NCBI RefSeq assembly: GCF_000143415.4
Contig: NW_003314281.1
Location: forward strand, 546,833-610,832
From: Selaginella moellendorffii
Lineage: Eukaryota > Plantae > Lycopodiophyta
Direction of reading: 5' to 3'
Length of the DNA: 64,000 nt
Shown here: positions 22,991-34,710 of the stretch, piece by piece
Numbering within the stretch: position 1 is the first letter of the stretch
Layout of the letters: the number at the start of each line of letters is the position of its first letter
The notes under the pieces: model-generated
Database searches by the model: none
The model's input: the letters and a program-made list of their open reading frames with translations, nothing else
Told to the model about the DNA's origin: nothing
Program-made: the position numbers and the translations under genes

Positions 22991-23949
22991 TATGATCGAA
23001 TCTAACCCACGCTTAAGGTGCTCTTGCCATTTGGCATTTCTAGGTCCATCTGAACGCCTAAAAGTGTCCGGCATCTCCCAGATCGTCAACACAGAGCCAT
23101 GACCGAGACTGTCGAACAACCTCGGTGCAGCCGAGGCATAGAAGGCGACTCTGGGATCATTGCGTAATCAAAGTTTAAGACGCAAGCAGCAATTCATAAA
23201 GAATCATATAAAGAAATAGAAAAAAAAAAATCGCAAAGAATCTACTGGAACAGCAAATCCTGGCTGCTCACACCAGGATCTCCATGTCTTTGATCTTGAC
23301 ATGATAGCTTGTACTCTTGCCAGCTTTGCCAAGCCCTAATCAGAATGTTCCATTTGGACATGAAAGCTTGCGAGTTTCTTCAAAGCTCACGAAAGCCCGA
23401 GGCTTCGAAAAGGTGATGGCTCCGAATATTCAGTATCACAACTAATTTGAAAATAAACAAGCACGTTGTTAATAATCTCTAGTGTTTAAAAGGTAGATTA
23501 CTGAGGTAAACTTTTCTCTAATTCAAGATTTTCTTTAATTCTTCTTTCAAAGTGGAATACAATATTTGTTGCTTTGAAAATTACAAGATATCCCCAAAAG
23601 TAATTACAATAATTTTTGTATAGAACAATGCTCTAAAAGAGTTGAATATTTAGGGCATAAGTGCAATTGTGCCATCTTTGCACTCCGAATTGGGAAACTA
23701 AGAGATATATATGCACTGAAAGATTTGTGCATTGTTGATATATTAAATACAATAATTATCAGGAGATAAACATGAAAAAAATAATAGAATTCAAGATATT
23801 TTCATTATTTAGTTTTTATCGTGAGGTAGGAGACAATGTGCTAACTGTTAAGGGTAATGTCCTTAGCAAAGATGGTGCCAACTGCACTTGCAACCTGTGG
23901 GAGACAATGTGCTAACTTATGAGGTGGATCTCCCCTTTTAAGAACAAGT

Positions 23950-25300
23950 GGAAGGAAAAGGAGGACTAGAACAAATGACATAAGAAGGTGTGACATTAGA
24001 ATGAAGACAGATGATCAAGTTGAAGAAAATGGTAAAGATGAAGGATTGGGTTTATGAGGATAACAACCATGAAAAGATTCAACTTCATGAGAAAGTTCAA
24101 TCTTTTCACTGTTCAAGAAATATATCATGTCGAGAGAAAGGAAAAATTTCTCGAGAAATGGATTTTTGAGAGAAAAAGAATGAAAAAGAGAAGCACTCAA
24201 CTTTTCCCAATCCATAAGAAGTTCATGTAGCTGAAACCATGGTAATTCTAACACCACTAGAGAATGTATAGACTTGGTAATGTTGATAGAAACCTTAGTC
24301 AAGAAATTGCCACTAATGAAAACTTGAAGTGGTTGTGTTTCTTAAAGTCCTATAGAAGAAACAACATGCCCATTAATAGCTTCCTAACTTGAGAATGTAC
24401 AAAAATTGTACGTCAAAAAGTCTTTTTGTCAATGAAACAAGAGGTAGCGCTATAGTCCAGAAGCACCTCTTGGTGAAGGAAAAGGGATCCTAGCCAGGGT
24501 AAAGTGCCTGGAATGTAGAAATTCCTGACATTATCTGTAGCCAAGATTTGATGAATAGAACCTTGAAAATAACAAGATTCTCTTTATTGCAATCAAACCA
24601 TTGATTGGAGATCCCCGTTTAAAGACTCATAAATTAGTATGATCCTCTAAACTTGATGACTCAGGAATTGATATGGTCAAAACTCGAGTTGATGGCCAAA
24701 GCTCAAGTGCGAGCAAGAGGGGCATATCCTGCGGTACATAACCCTTTATCGAGATGACACTGACACTGTGCTAGAGAGGAGCTGGTACTAAGGCCAGAGT
24801 TGAAGAGGAAATATTCTTAGGAAAAGTACCAGAACAGCTAAATTCCTTATGACACGAAAAGACAATTGTCACAATAAACAACCTTAATAAGATCCATCGG
24901 ATCTTTGGCCCATCATTCTAAATTGATTAATCATGTTGATGTTGAACATGAACCTTGAGACATGATTGCAGTGATGCAAGCTCGGTTTGTGTCCCCAAAA
25001 CACACATTAAATAGCAGAAGGTCGTGAAGTTCATGAACAGGATGTTGAGGCAAATCACGCTTAAGCAAAGTGAAAGCCAAGAAAGCAAGAAGAGTTTCAA
25101 TGTTCAAGTAATCTTCAAGTATTGTTGTGGCTGCATCTTGAAGATATTCAGAAAACCATGAAGCTCGTGCCAGTGCCCTCCAAACTTTGCAGAAAATTTG
25201 ACTTTTGGGTTCTGTAGGGCGAGAAGCTTGATTACATGGTTGTTCGACCCTGCCATTTGATACTATAGTTGAAGGAACTTGCTGGTTCTCATTCTAGATT
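23950..25300 (-). mobile_element. Highly degenerate non-LTR (LINE-like) retrotransposon remnant
   Basis: Minus-strand peptide EFSCSGTFPKNISSSTLALVP at ~24783-24845 resembles the pre-RT 'F..G.LP..IN.S.I.LIPK' block; stop-riddled; boundaries uncertain. Confidence 0.3.
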
Positions 25301-26179
25301 GGGGTCATCACGAGACAAAGGGAGAAAGAAAAAATTACAAAGGATAAAACCACAAGAAACAAAACGAGATGAGAGATAGATGTAAATCAAACTATCAGAA
25401 CATCAAAGTAGACACCAAAGTAGACTACAAGATTTGAGATTGCTTACCAAGAATGGAACTCATGTCTAAAACTAATGTTGATTTGCATCTAAATTTTTAC
25501 AATGTGTGTTTAGTTTTTATACTAAACTTAGGAGAGCTAATGGAAGAAGAGCAATGGCCGTTGCTGCGCCACTAGGTCATCACCATTCATTTCTTTGCAC
25601 TCCACAGCTGCAGTGTCTCGCGCCATAATGTAGTGATAGTCGACTTCTTGGAGCTCCAGGTGATATTTCCTGCCTCGGATCAAATGAGTGATAGAATGAA
25701 GCTGTGGATTTGTTTGAGGAGCTCAAGGCGGGATTTAGAGCTCAAGCACTGGGAATTATTACTGTTTCAACACTGATATGTGAAGTAATCTGTTAAATCT
25801 TGTGCAGGGGTATCGAATAGTCTCTTCTTACTCAATGTTTTAGATTTTTCTGTAATTAATAGTTAACTAGTACTTTGCATACCCACAATTAACTAGTAGT
25901 TTGTATAGCCCACTTATATTTATATATCTTTACATATTCTTAATTTGATCCAAATGTGATCTCAAGTAATTTATGACAGTATTTGCTTATCATGGAAAGA
26001 GGAATAATCTTGGCCATCCTCTAGTGACCAGTAGAAGTTAGTGCCAAGATATAGACCACCAAGCAAGAGGCAAAAGACCTTATCACGAATCAAAAACTTC
26101 AAATTGTCTTACAAACTTAAACAACGTTTATACTATCAATAAAATAAATTTACCAATAAACCGTTCAGAGCCTTAAAAG

Positions 26180-26600
26180 AGAATATTCGTCTCTTGCGGC
26201 TTATAAGGAGAGCTATGTTCAGGTTAGCTCCACAGCCCCGAGAGTAGGGCTTTCTTCTACAGGGAGGGATTGAGGCAAGCGTCTTCGTCGCGGAAGAAGC
26301 AAGCGATTGCGCTGAGTGATAGCGCCGCCAAAAGCATACGGCATTTCCTAGACTTGTGGAACAAACATTACTTGCGCGTGGGATGCAATGGCTACTCCTA
26401 CACCATGGACTACGCGGGCAAGCTAGGATACAATCAATCCTTTGCTTCTCTTCCTTTTCTTGCGAGATAGAAAAGACTTATGGCGAATGCTTCCTTCCTC
26501 TGGCAGATCAAGCGGAGCGCCACGACGAGCTCGTGGAGGACAACGGCGGTCGACCCGCGAGCGCTGATGAGAAAATCATCGGATTCATCGAAGATCGCAT
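26180..26600 (+). pseudogene. 5' fragment of ISCA1, copy a
   Basis: RKKQAIALSDSAAK, GCNGYSYTM, QAERHDELVED match 35200-35780 with deletions. Confidence 0.85.
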
Positions 26601-26814
26601 AATTGGGAGGATGGCACCGATCCATGGGAGGACGAGCTCTTCTACAACGAGCGGATCAATAATCTGTCCAAGAGAGTGACGAAAGAGCATATCGATGCGC
26701 TCAGGGCCAATGCCAACCCAGATCACATACGCATTCGTCAAGAGTGTTACATGAAGTTCTTCCTCCATTTCATTCTTCGAGAGAAAAGTTCCAGCTCCAA
26801 TATAAGATCTCGAG

Positions 26815-27200
26815 AAGCTGATGCCGTTCGTTGTTGTGGATGCGTTCCTGGCAAGCTTTTGCCGCGTCTGCCAACCTTGGCTCTTATTACGCTGTTGGAT
26901 TGGTCGTGGCTTACGTACTGGCCTTCGTTCACATGAACGGGAAAGGTGGGCCGAAAAGATACAGTGTTTCCTTGTCTGATTCACGTGATTTTTTCGTTTT
27001 CAGGGCCTGATCATTGGGATTCTGTGTGGCCTTTCGACGCAAGCGATCTCACTGCTCACTATTTCTGTAAGAACCAACTGGAACAAGCAGGCATACGGTG
27101 GTCATGAGTTTTTAGTCGGTGGTCATGGTTTTAATGTTTCCTATTTCTTTCACGCAGAGCGAATGCAACTGGTCACACCGTTACTGAGTTGATACCGAGT
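26815..27200 (+). pseudogene. 3' fragment of the MATE gene
   Basis: Near-identical to 21144-21645 including introns, with deletions. Confidence 0.85.
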
Positions 27201-27367
27201 TAACATTCTGACCTGCATTTTTACTCGCTCACGGAAGTAGCAAATTCAAGAGAAGTCCTTTGAAAATCTATTATGATCTCACTATTGTCTGCAATGTCAA
27301 GATGAGGAGGAGAAAACTCATCGCATCCAGGTAGATTTTTTCTATATGCAACTTATAATCGACTCTT

Positions 27368-28700
27368 TCAATCTTGACTTTGCAGTGCTTTCACCGCAAA
27401 GCTCAAGTCCACCACCGAATTGAAGACACCACCTTTAGCAGATGGAAGATTGCTGAGCACTTGCAAAGGCCAGGAACCATCCTCGTTCTGCATCTTGAGC
27501 AGCAAGTCCACATCTATCGTGTTCCGGATTCCAAAACGCCTGCTGAGCAGAATCCTTTTGGCAACCTCGAGTGGCTTCGACTCGGTCTCGTTCCTGATCC
27601 GGTTGACGAGCACCGCCTCCATCGCTCGATAGACAAGATCAAAGTCGGGAATCTCCCTTCTCTCCAAACGTCGCGAGAACCCGGCCATACATGAACAAGA
27701 AGTCCTCCTGGCTGAGGTAATCGCGAGTCCCGATATCCGCCGCTTAACAGATATCTCTGGATCAGATTCTCGTTGTGGCGGACAACCGGGTGATCTTCCA
27801 TGGAGAGCGCATAGGCGAGATAGACAGCGTTGGCTATGACGACCGGATCCACGCGAGGCCTCCACGTCCAGGTACGTGAGAAGCTGGTTTTGATCGTTGA
27901 CGTTCTCGAGACAAATCTCCAGAAAGTGCATAGCTTGCGCGGAGGTGACGAGACTAAGATCAAAAAGTGTGGAGACACAAGTCGACATGGTGTCGATGTC
28001 CGGCGGATATCGCGAGACGTCGTCACCGGAAGGGATGGCCGCGCTCGATCAGTACCTGGAGAGATTTCATCCAGCCGAGAGGAATGATCTCTGGAAGGCA
28101 CCAGGCCGCCACGCAGGGAAAGAAGATCTCGGAGACAAGCTCCTGCCGGCCGTTGTCAAGCAGGTAGAGTGATTTGAGCTGCTTGGATCTCACCTCCTCC
28201 TTGACTCGATCCATCCCCAGCTTCACAGCTCGAGGCAGCAGGAACCGACGCTTCAAGAAGTCCTGGCAAGCTTTCTTGTTGGGCGAGGCATACGGGAGAG
28301 CGAGCAAGCTCTCGAAGGCATGTAGCGCGGCCATCTCCACGCTTTTATCGACAATCACAGCATGGGACCTTATATCTCCAAGGAGGGAATCTAGATCGCG
28401 GGAGATTGTAGCGAAGTTCTTCCAGAGCGACACGGTCCCACTCTTGTGGACGAATATCTATCCATCCGAGGAGCTGCCGCCTCGTTGACTGGAGCAGTGA
28501 CAGTAGCTCCTCGTCTACCTCGCAGCTGGAAGCGGCCTCGAGCAGCATGGATGGCTCCTTGAGCTTGAATTTGCGCAAGATTGTCGAGATTGCGGCAGTG
28601 CGATCGATCTCCCCGAAAGTATAGGCCAAGAAGGAGGAGTGCCTGCGGAGAAGATCTCCCTTGTCTCCACATCCAAGCAAGCAAAGCTAATAATCACCTT
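27368..28700 (-). pseudogene. Broken copy 2 of the HAD-like/class II terpene cyclase gene
   Basis: High identity to 30213-31622 but split across frames by short indels. Confidence 0.88.
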
Positions 28701-29709
28701 CTTAGCTGATCACCAATTTATAGTCTAAAGCGTTGTTAAGAAGAATTTTACTTCTTAATTTGTTTTAGTCAACACTACAGTGGTGGATGCTCGCTTTTAA
28801 TATGGTTTCAAGCTATACATGGTTTGGACATTGAGAATAAGGGGTATTTGTTTCGCTGACAAAATTGTTTAACATTTCACCACTATCCATCCCATGACTT
28901 ACACAGTTCAAGCTTGCTTCTGAATCATGAGCTTTTACCTAGAGAACAAGTTATCTACCACTGAACGAGGCACGCATTGGCAGCTGAAAGTATTCAGTAC
29001 AATACCGAAGTCCATAGAGATGATCAATATTCTACAGACGTCAGCTAGAAAGTGTGTTTGCTAGGTAATGGTTGATGTGTTCATCCCACAAAAACAACTG
29101 TGAGAGATATTTGGCTCGAGAGAGATGCTGCAACTTCCCAGTTCCTCGCTCCGACTGAGTAGGTTAACATTTTGCCACATTTTGTTTTTTGGAAATGTTA
29201 GGATATTCAAGCATATCCACTGTCCTAAGCAAATGTTTAATATAATTTATAAACATTCTTTCCGGATTCTCATAGCTGCTTGGAGGCAACCACTGTCTTG
29301 GTCATGGCTTCGTGTTGACATCCGGCGAGAAAAGAATGTTTATAGATTAAGAATTAAAGACCATTTAAAGAACAGTCTTAAAGAATCATTCTCGCCGCAC
29401 GAAGCCATGACCGAGACAGTGCTTGCTTCCAAGCAGGCGACTCTGCCAGCATCTTGTGGAACATAGACTTGGCATCCCAGGAGATCATTGCATAATCAAA
29501 GTTTATACCGACTCACAAGACCCAAGCAGCAGTTCACAAAGAACCACACGAAGAAATAGAAAAAGAAATCGCGCTGGAACAACAAATGCTGCTTCCTGGC
29601 TGCTTGCAGCAGCCAAAAGAATATTATTATTTAGATTTTGAATTGGTATAATATAATATTGTACCTGACATATTCGAAAACTTTTTCTATCTTTTCTAGA
29701 GGTAGCCCT

Positions 29710-30110
29710 AAAAAGGAATATTCGTCTGATGCGGAGGCTGAAGCGAGAGAGCCGACTCGCTGGGAAGACACCGCAGGTAATGACAGTGCATCCCGGAAGA
29801 AGCAAGCGATTGCGCTAAGAACTCCTACGTTATTGGCAAGCTAGGATACAACCAATCCTTTGCTTCTCTTCCTTTTCTTGCGAGATAGAGAAAGACTTAT
29901 GGCAAATGCTTCCTTCCTCTGGCAGATCAAGCGGAGCGCCACGACGAGGTTTTATCGACCCGCGAGCGCTGATGACAATCATCGGCACAAAGATGGGTTT
30001 CATCTGAAGATCGTCTCAAGTAAGTTTAAAGTTCTTCCTGTCCAAAAAGACACTGTGTTTCCTTGTCTGACTCACGTGATATTTTCGCTTTCAGGGCCTG
30101 ACCATTGGGG
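29710..30110 (+). pseudogene. Chimeric ISCA1 5' fragment (copy b) fused to a MATE intron/exon fragment
   Basis: ISCA1-like up to ...cgtctcaagtaagttt...ttcctg, then MATE-like aaagacactgtgtttccttgtctgactcacgtg...cagggcctgaccattggg. Confidence 0.8.
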
Positions 30111-30212
30111 TGCTAACGTGCTTGTTTTCACTATTGTCATGTCAAGATGAGGAGGAGAAAACTTATCGCATCCAGGTAGATTTTTTCTATATGCAACTTA
30201 TAATCGACTCTT

Positions 30213-31622
30213 TCAATCTTGACTTTGCAGTGCTCTCACCGCAAAGCTCAAGTCCACCACCGAATTGAAGACACCACCTTTAGCAGATGGAAGATTGCTG
30301 AGCACTTGCAAGGGCCAGGAACCATCCTCGTTCTGCATCTTGAGGAGCAAGTCCACATCTATCGTGTTCCGGATTCCAAAGTACCTGCTGAGCAGAATCC
30401 TTTTGGCAACGTCCAGTGGCTTCGACTCGGTCTCGTTCCCGATCCGGTTGACGAGAGCCGCCTCCATCGCTTGATACACGAGATCAAAGTTGGGAATCTC
30501 CCTCTTCTCTCCAAACGTCGCGAGGACCCGGCCATACATGAACAAGAAGTCCTCCTGGCTGAGGTAATAGCGAGTCCCGTATACGAATCCGCCGCTTAAC
30601 AGATATCTCTGGATCAGATTCTCGTTGTGGCGGACAACCGGGTGATCTTCCATGGAGAGCGCATAGGCGAAATAGACAACGTTGGCTATGACGACCGGAT
30701 CCACTCGAGGCCGCTCCAAGTCCAGGTACGTGAGAAGCTGGTTTTGATCGTTGACGTTCTCGAGACAAATCTCCAGAAAGTGCATAGCTTGCGCGGAGGT
30801 GACGAGGCTAAGATCAAAAAGTGTGGAGACACAAGTCGACATGGTGTCGATGTCCGGCGGATAGCGCGAGACGTCGGCACCGAAGTAACCGAAGGGATGG
30901 CCGCGCTCGATCAGTACCTGGAGAGATTCCATCCAGCCGAGAGGAATGATCTCAGGAAGGCACCAGGCCGCCACGCAGGGAAAGAAGATCTCGGAGACGA
31001 GCTCCTGCCGGCCGTTGTCAAGCAGGTAGAGTGATTTGAGCTGCTTGGATCTCACCTCCTCCTTGACTCGATCCATCCCCAGCTTCACAGCTCGAGGCAG
31101 CAGGAACCGACGCTTCAAGAAGTCCTGGCAAGCTTTCTTGTTGGGCGAGGCATACGGGAGAGCGAGCAAGCTCTCGAAGGCATGTAGCGCGGCCATCTCC
31201 ACGCTTTTATCGACAATCACAGCATGGAACCTGATATCTCCAAGGAGGGAATCTAGATCGCGGGAGATTGTAGCGAAGTTCTTCCAGAGCGACCACGGGA
31301 AGAGGTTGTAAACTCGCTCCCACTCTTGTGGAGGAATATCAATCCATCCCAGGAGCTGCTGCCTCGTTGACTGGAGCAGTGACAGTAGCTCCTCGTCCAC
31401 CTCGCAGCTGGAAGCGGCCTCGAGCAGCATGGAATCCAGGAGAGCTGGCTCCTTGAGCTTGAATTTGCGCGAGATTGTCGAGATTGCGGCAGCGCGATCG
31501 AGCTCCCCGCAAGAATAGGCCAAGAAGGAGGAGTGCTGGAGAGCCCTGCGGAGGAGATCTCCCCGGGGGCCACTGTCTCCACATCCGAACTTAAGCAAGC
31601 AAGCAAAACTAATGATTATCAT
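30213..31622 (-). CDS. Intact intronless HAD-like + class II terpene cyclase protein (AstC/DrtB-type drimane cyclase-like)
   Basis: 469 aa; C-terminal half YPPDIDTMS (DxDT[T/M]), LLTYLDLERPRVDPVVIANV, GTRYY, FLFMYGR, QW-like MQNEDGSW, N..V..SFAVRAL; N-terminal half follows a HAD core/cap layout. Confidence 0.78.
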   Translation of the reverse strand: MIIISFACLLKFGCGDSGPRGDLLRRALQHSSFLAYSCGELDRAAAISTISRKFKLKEPALLDSMLLEAASSCEVDEELLSLLQSTRQQLLGWIDIPPQEWERVYNLFPWSLWKNFATISRDLDSLLGDIRFHAVIVDKSVEMAALHAFESLLALPYASPNKKACQDFLKRRFLLPRAVKLGMDRVKEEVRSKQLKSLYLLDNGRQELVSEIFFPCVAAWCLPEIIPLGWMESLQVLIERGHPFGYFGADVSRYPPDIDTMSTCVSTLFDLSLVTSAQAMHFLEICLENVNDQNQLLTYLDLERPRVDPVVIANVVYFAYALSMEDHPVVRHNENLIQRYLLSGGFVYGTRYYLSQEDFLFMYGRVLATFGEKREIPNFDLVYQAMEAALVNRIGNETESKPLDVAKRILLSRYFGIRNTIDVDLLLKMQNEDGSWPLQVLSNLPSAKGGVFNSVVDLSFAVRALQSQD

Positions 31623-32255
31623 CTTCTCAGCTGATCACTTCATGCTATGCAAATTTATAAAGTCTATGACTGAAATTAATTATTTAATCAAAGTCTCATG
31701 CACCGAAGGTGTAAAGGTAATTGCCTGTGTAAGTGGGAGGAGTTTGACAATGTTTTGGATTATAACATTGGAATTTTTCTCCGCTTCTTGCTTTTTAAAC
31801 GGTTCATAATTTCTTGTCAACAAAAGGAGTCATTAAAAATAAAGTTTCTCCCTACAGTCACGGAACTCACTGCCACACATTGCGCTGTCGGTGGAAGGTC
31901 ACTTTTGGAACGTTAGATCGGGGACCTCAGTTCATCTCTCATTTCTGGCAATAGTTTTTGCAGCTATTTGGAGTGAAGGCCAACCTCGCGCGTTTTGGTG
32001 CTGTGGAGCTGTTTAGACTTGCCATCTTGAAAACAAGTTGTCTGCCACAACGAGGCATGCATTGGCAGCTGCATACAGTAGCAAAAACCATAAAAATTAG
32101 AGAAGCAGGTAATGGTTGATCAGTGTGTTTCTGTGGCCCATCCAAAAACACGATGCTTTTGAGTGTGTTCCCTTTAAGAGTTTTTAGTGTTGTGGAATAT
32201 CTTTATTTTAAATTTTATTTTTATAAATCTTAAAATAAAATTATAAAACTTAGTT

Positions 32256-34710
32256 TGTGAGTGCTTAGGATATGGAATGGATGGATTAGATTTAGTCCCA
32301 AATGAACGATTTATATGCTATAGTACTAATTACCAAGTATTACCTAGTTAGGTTTATATATATATATATATATTTTACACCATCCTCCTATTTGGAAGAT
32401 GAAAAGGTGATAACAATAAATTAGATGGAACAAAGTTGTGCAATTGTAAATTACTATAAAATTTTGAAACTCCCACAAAACTGCTAACAAAGTTGCTAAT
32501 AACCATGATTGAAATAAAACCCAAAACCATGGCGTAAACATCAATTGATTACAAAATCCCAATAAACCAATTATAACTTCATGTGCACTTGCCAAATGCT
32601 TAATCTAACCTCAAAGTTATAATTTTAAACCAAAGTAAAAAATTTTGAGAACCACTATAGTCTATGAAATGTTATTGCAACAAATAATATATCCCACATT
32701 TAAGTTTGCTAACCAATAATCCTTCGAGACCATTGTGAGTAAGACTTATGACCATAAGTAGAATTTGACTTTGCATCTTCCTTTCAATCAACATCCAAGG
32801 ATTATATTAACTTAAACTTATGACCTTTATATTTGTTTAGCACTGCACATGGGAGGTTGTATTCACTCCATTTATCTTTGACATCCTCTTTATCCCTTTA
32901 AAGGAAAAAAATGTTTTGAAACACTAGCTCCATTTAGACTCACTACATTCATTCTCACCTTATTATTTATATTTGACTTCACTTCACTATTGATTTTGTT
33001 TAGTCTCATTATATCAAAGTTGAATATTCCATTCAAACTCACTATGTTTGTCCTCATTCCACAATCCATATTATTTGTCTTTGCTCAATTACTGTATTTG
33101 TTTGTCCTCACTCTATTGTTGAGGCCAAACTCCCATCCATCCCCTCTACCCCCTCCTTCGAAAAAAATAAAATTGGAAAAGGAATTTATAGCAGCTAGCA
33201 ATGTAGAAGTAAGGAAATCAAAAGAAAGACATGTATTCAAAACTTAGAAAATAAAAACTTTTTATTATAAATTACTTTGGCAAGCATAATATAAGCAAAA
33301 TATTCATATCGCTCAACCTCGTCAACACATAATTCAACACTTGAGATAGGAAAATTAATAATAATATACATAAACTCTTCAACAGTAACAATAAAACAAA
33401 GGCTCTCAATAGCACTAACAAGTAGGAACACAATTTAAAATTCTTGCTAAAGTGACTCAACTGTTGGAATATAAAAATATTTAACACTAGAATTGATCAA
33501 AGACTCTGCTAACAAAAGTACAACTTCATGTACATACTTAACATCCAAATTAGTATAAGGAAGACATAAAACACTCAATTCAATATTGGGTTGAGAATGA
33601 AAATCATGAAAGTCACAAATAATCACCATGCTATGAAAAGAAAACACTACAGAGGAGGAAGAAATACTAAGAATATAAAAAGTTGGCTCAAGCCGAGAAA
33701 TAAAAAAAATGTTGAAAAAGAACTGAAAGTAAAGAGAAAAGATCAGATGACAAATTTAAGGATTGATACTACCTTCTGAAATCTCCACTATCAAAGCTAT
33801 CTTTATAATAATCAAGCTTGTCAAAATGATCTAGAATCCATTTGAGTTACACGAGTAACTTTGGTAGAGAGTCATTCGGGACATCTACTAACCCTTTAAA
33901 GGAAGCTCAGAAGTAACTTTGTTAAGATTTTTATTGACATAGGTGTTTCAGATAATTTTGTGGTTATAAACATAGTCCGGCAAGCTAAACTAATAGTGCA
34001 GTAGTTGGGTGAACAAAGGATTATAGAGTTTGTTCAAGATATATATTATCTTCCCATAAACTTGATTTTTAAACATTCTCCAAGAATTGGGTTACATTAT
34101 TTATAACTTGCCAATTGATATGACAATCATGCTTCATATCAATGAGAGATAGCAAAACACCAAGAACAGAATAAATCATATGATCACATCTTATGAAAGT
34201 TGGAGACATTAACACACTAAAGATGGTATAACACCAATATAATCACACCCTATAGTACCAAAAAATTTAATCTAACAAGCAGCATTAATAGCATCAAGTG
34301 ATATATTCCTTGATCAATCATGGCGTGACATGGTAGAAAAAAAGAATGCAATGATGGTCAAAAGAAAGAGTAGATCTAAGTATAGTGATAACTAGAGTTC
34401 TAGATCTTGCAAAAGTTAATACAAATTTAGATATAAAAAAGAATGAAGAAATAAAAAAAAAAGTATAATCCCAAACACTAAAGCAAAATATTGCCAAAAA
34501 AATTTTACCCTTTAGAAATAAATTGCAATACCCCTCATCTTCACTAATGTGAATGCTCAAGATATGGGAATAAATATATTAATTAGTGCTTATATACAAG
34601 AATTGATGGATTAGATTCAGTCTTAAATGGACAGTCTATATACTATAGTACTATAATTAATGTATTACCTAGCTAGTGTAATACATATATATACATACAT
34701 ATATTTACAA
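32256..34710 (+). mobile_element. Degenerate LTR-retrotransposon-like remnant
   Basis: Diverged direct repeats at ~32256-32378 and ~34548-34710 bracket AT-rich DNA containing a retroviral-protease-like peptide NFVKIFIDIGVSDNFV (~33915-33962). Confidence 0.4.

Noticed and set aside
26270-26936. Functional ISCA1-MATE fusion gene
   Set aside because: Both parts carry deletions and frameshifts, and the C-terminal CGCGESF motif is absent
30213-31622. Fungal or bacterial contamination as the source of the cyclase
   Set aside because: It was co-duplicated with fragments of the intron-containing plant MATE and ISCA1 genes, so it is integrated in this chromosome
30213-31622. Canonical plant TPS, MTPSL or oxidosqualene cyclase
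   Set aside because: No DDxxD/NSE, DxDD or DCTAE motif; size and motif order fit the HAD-like class II type instead
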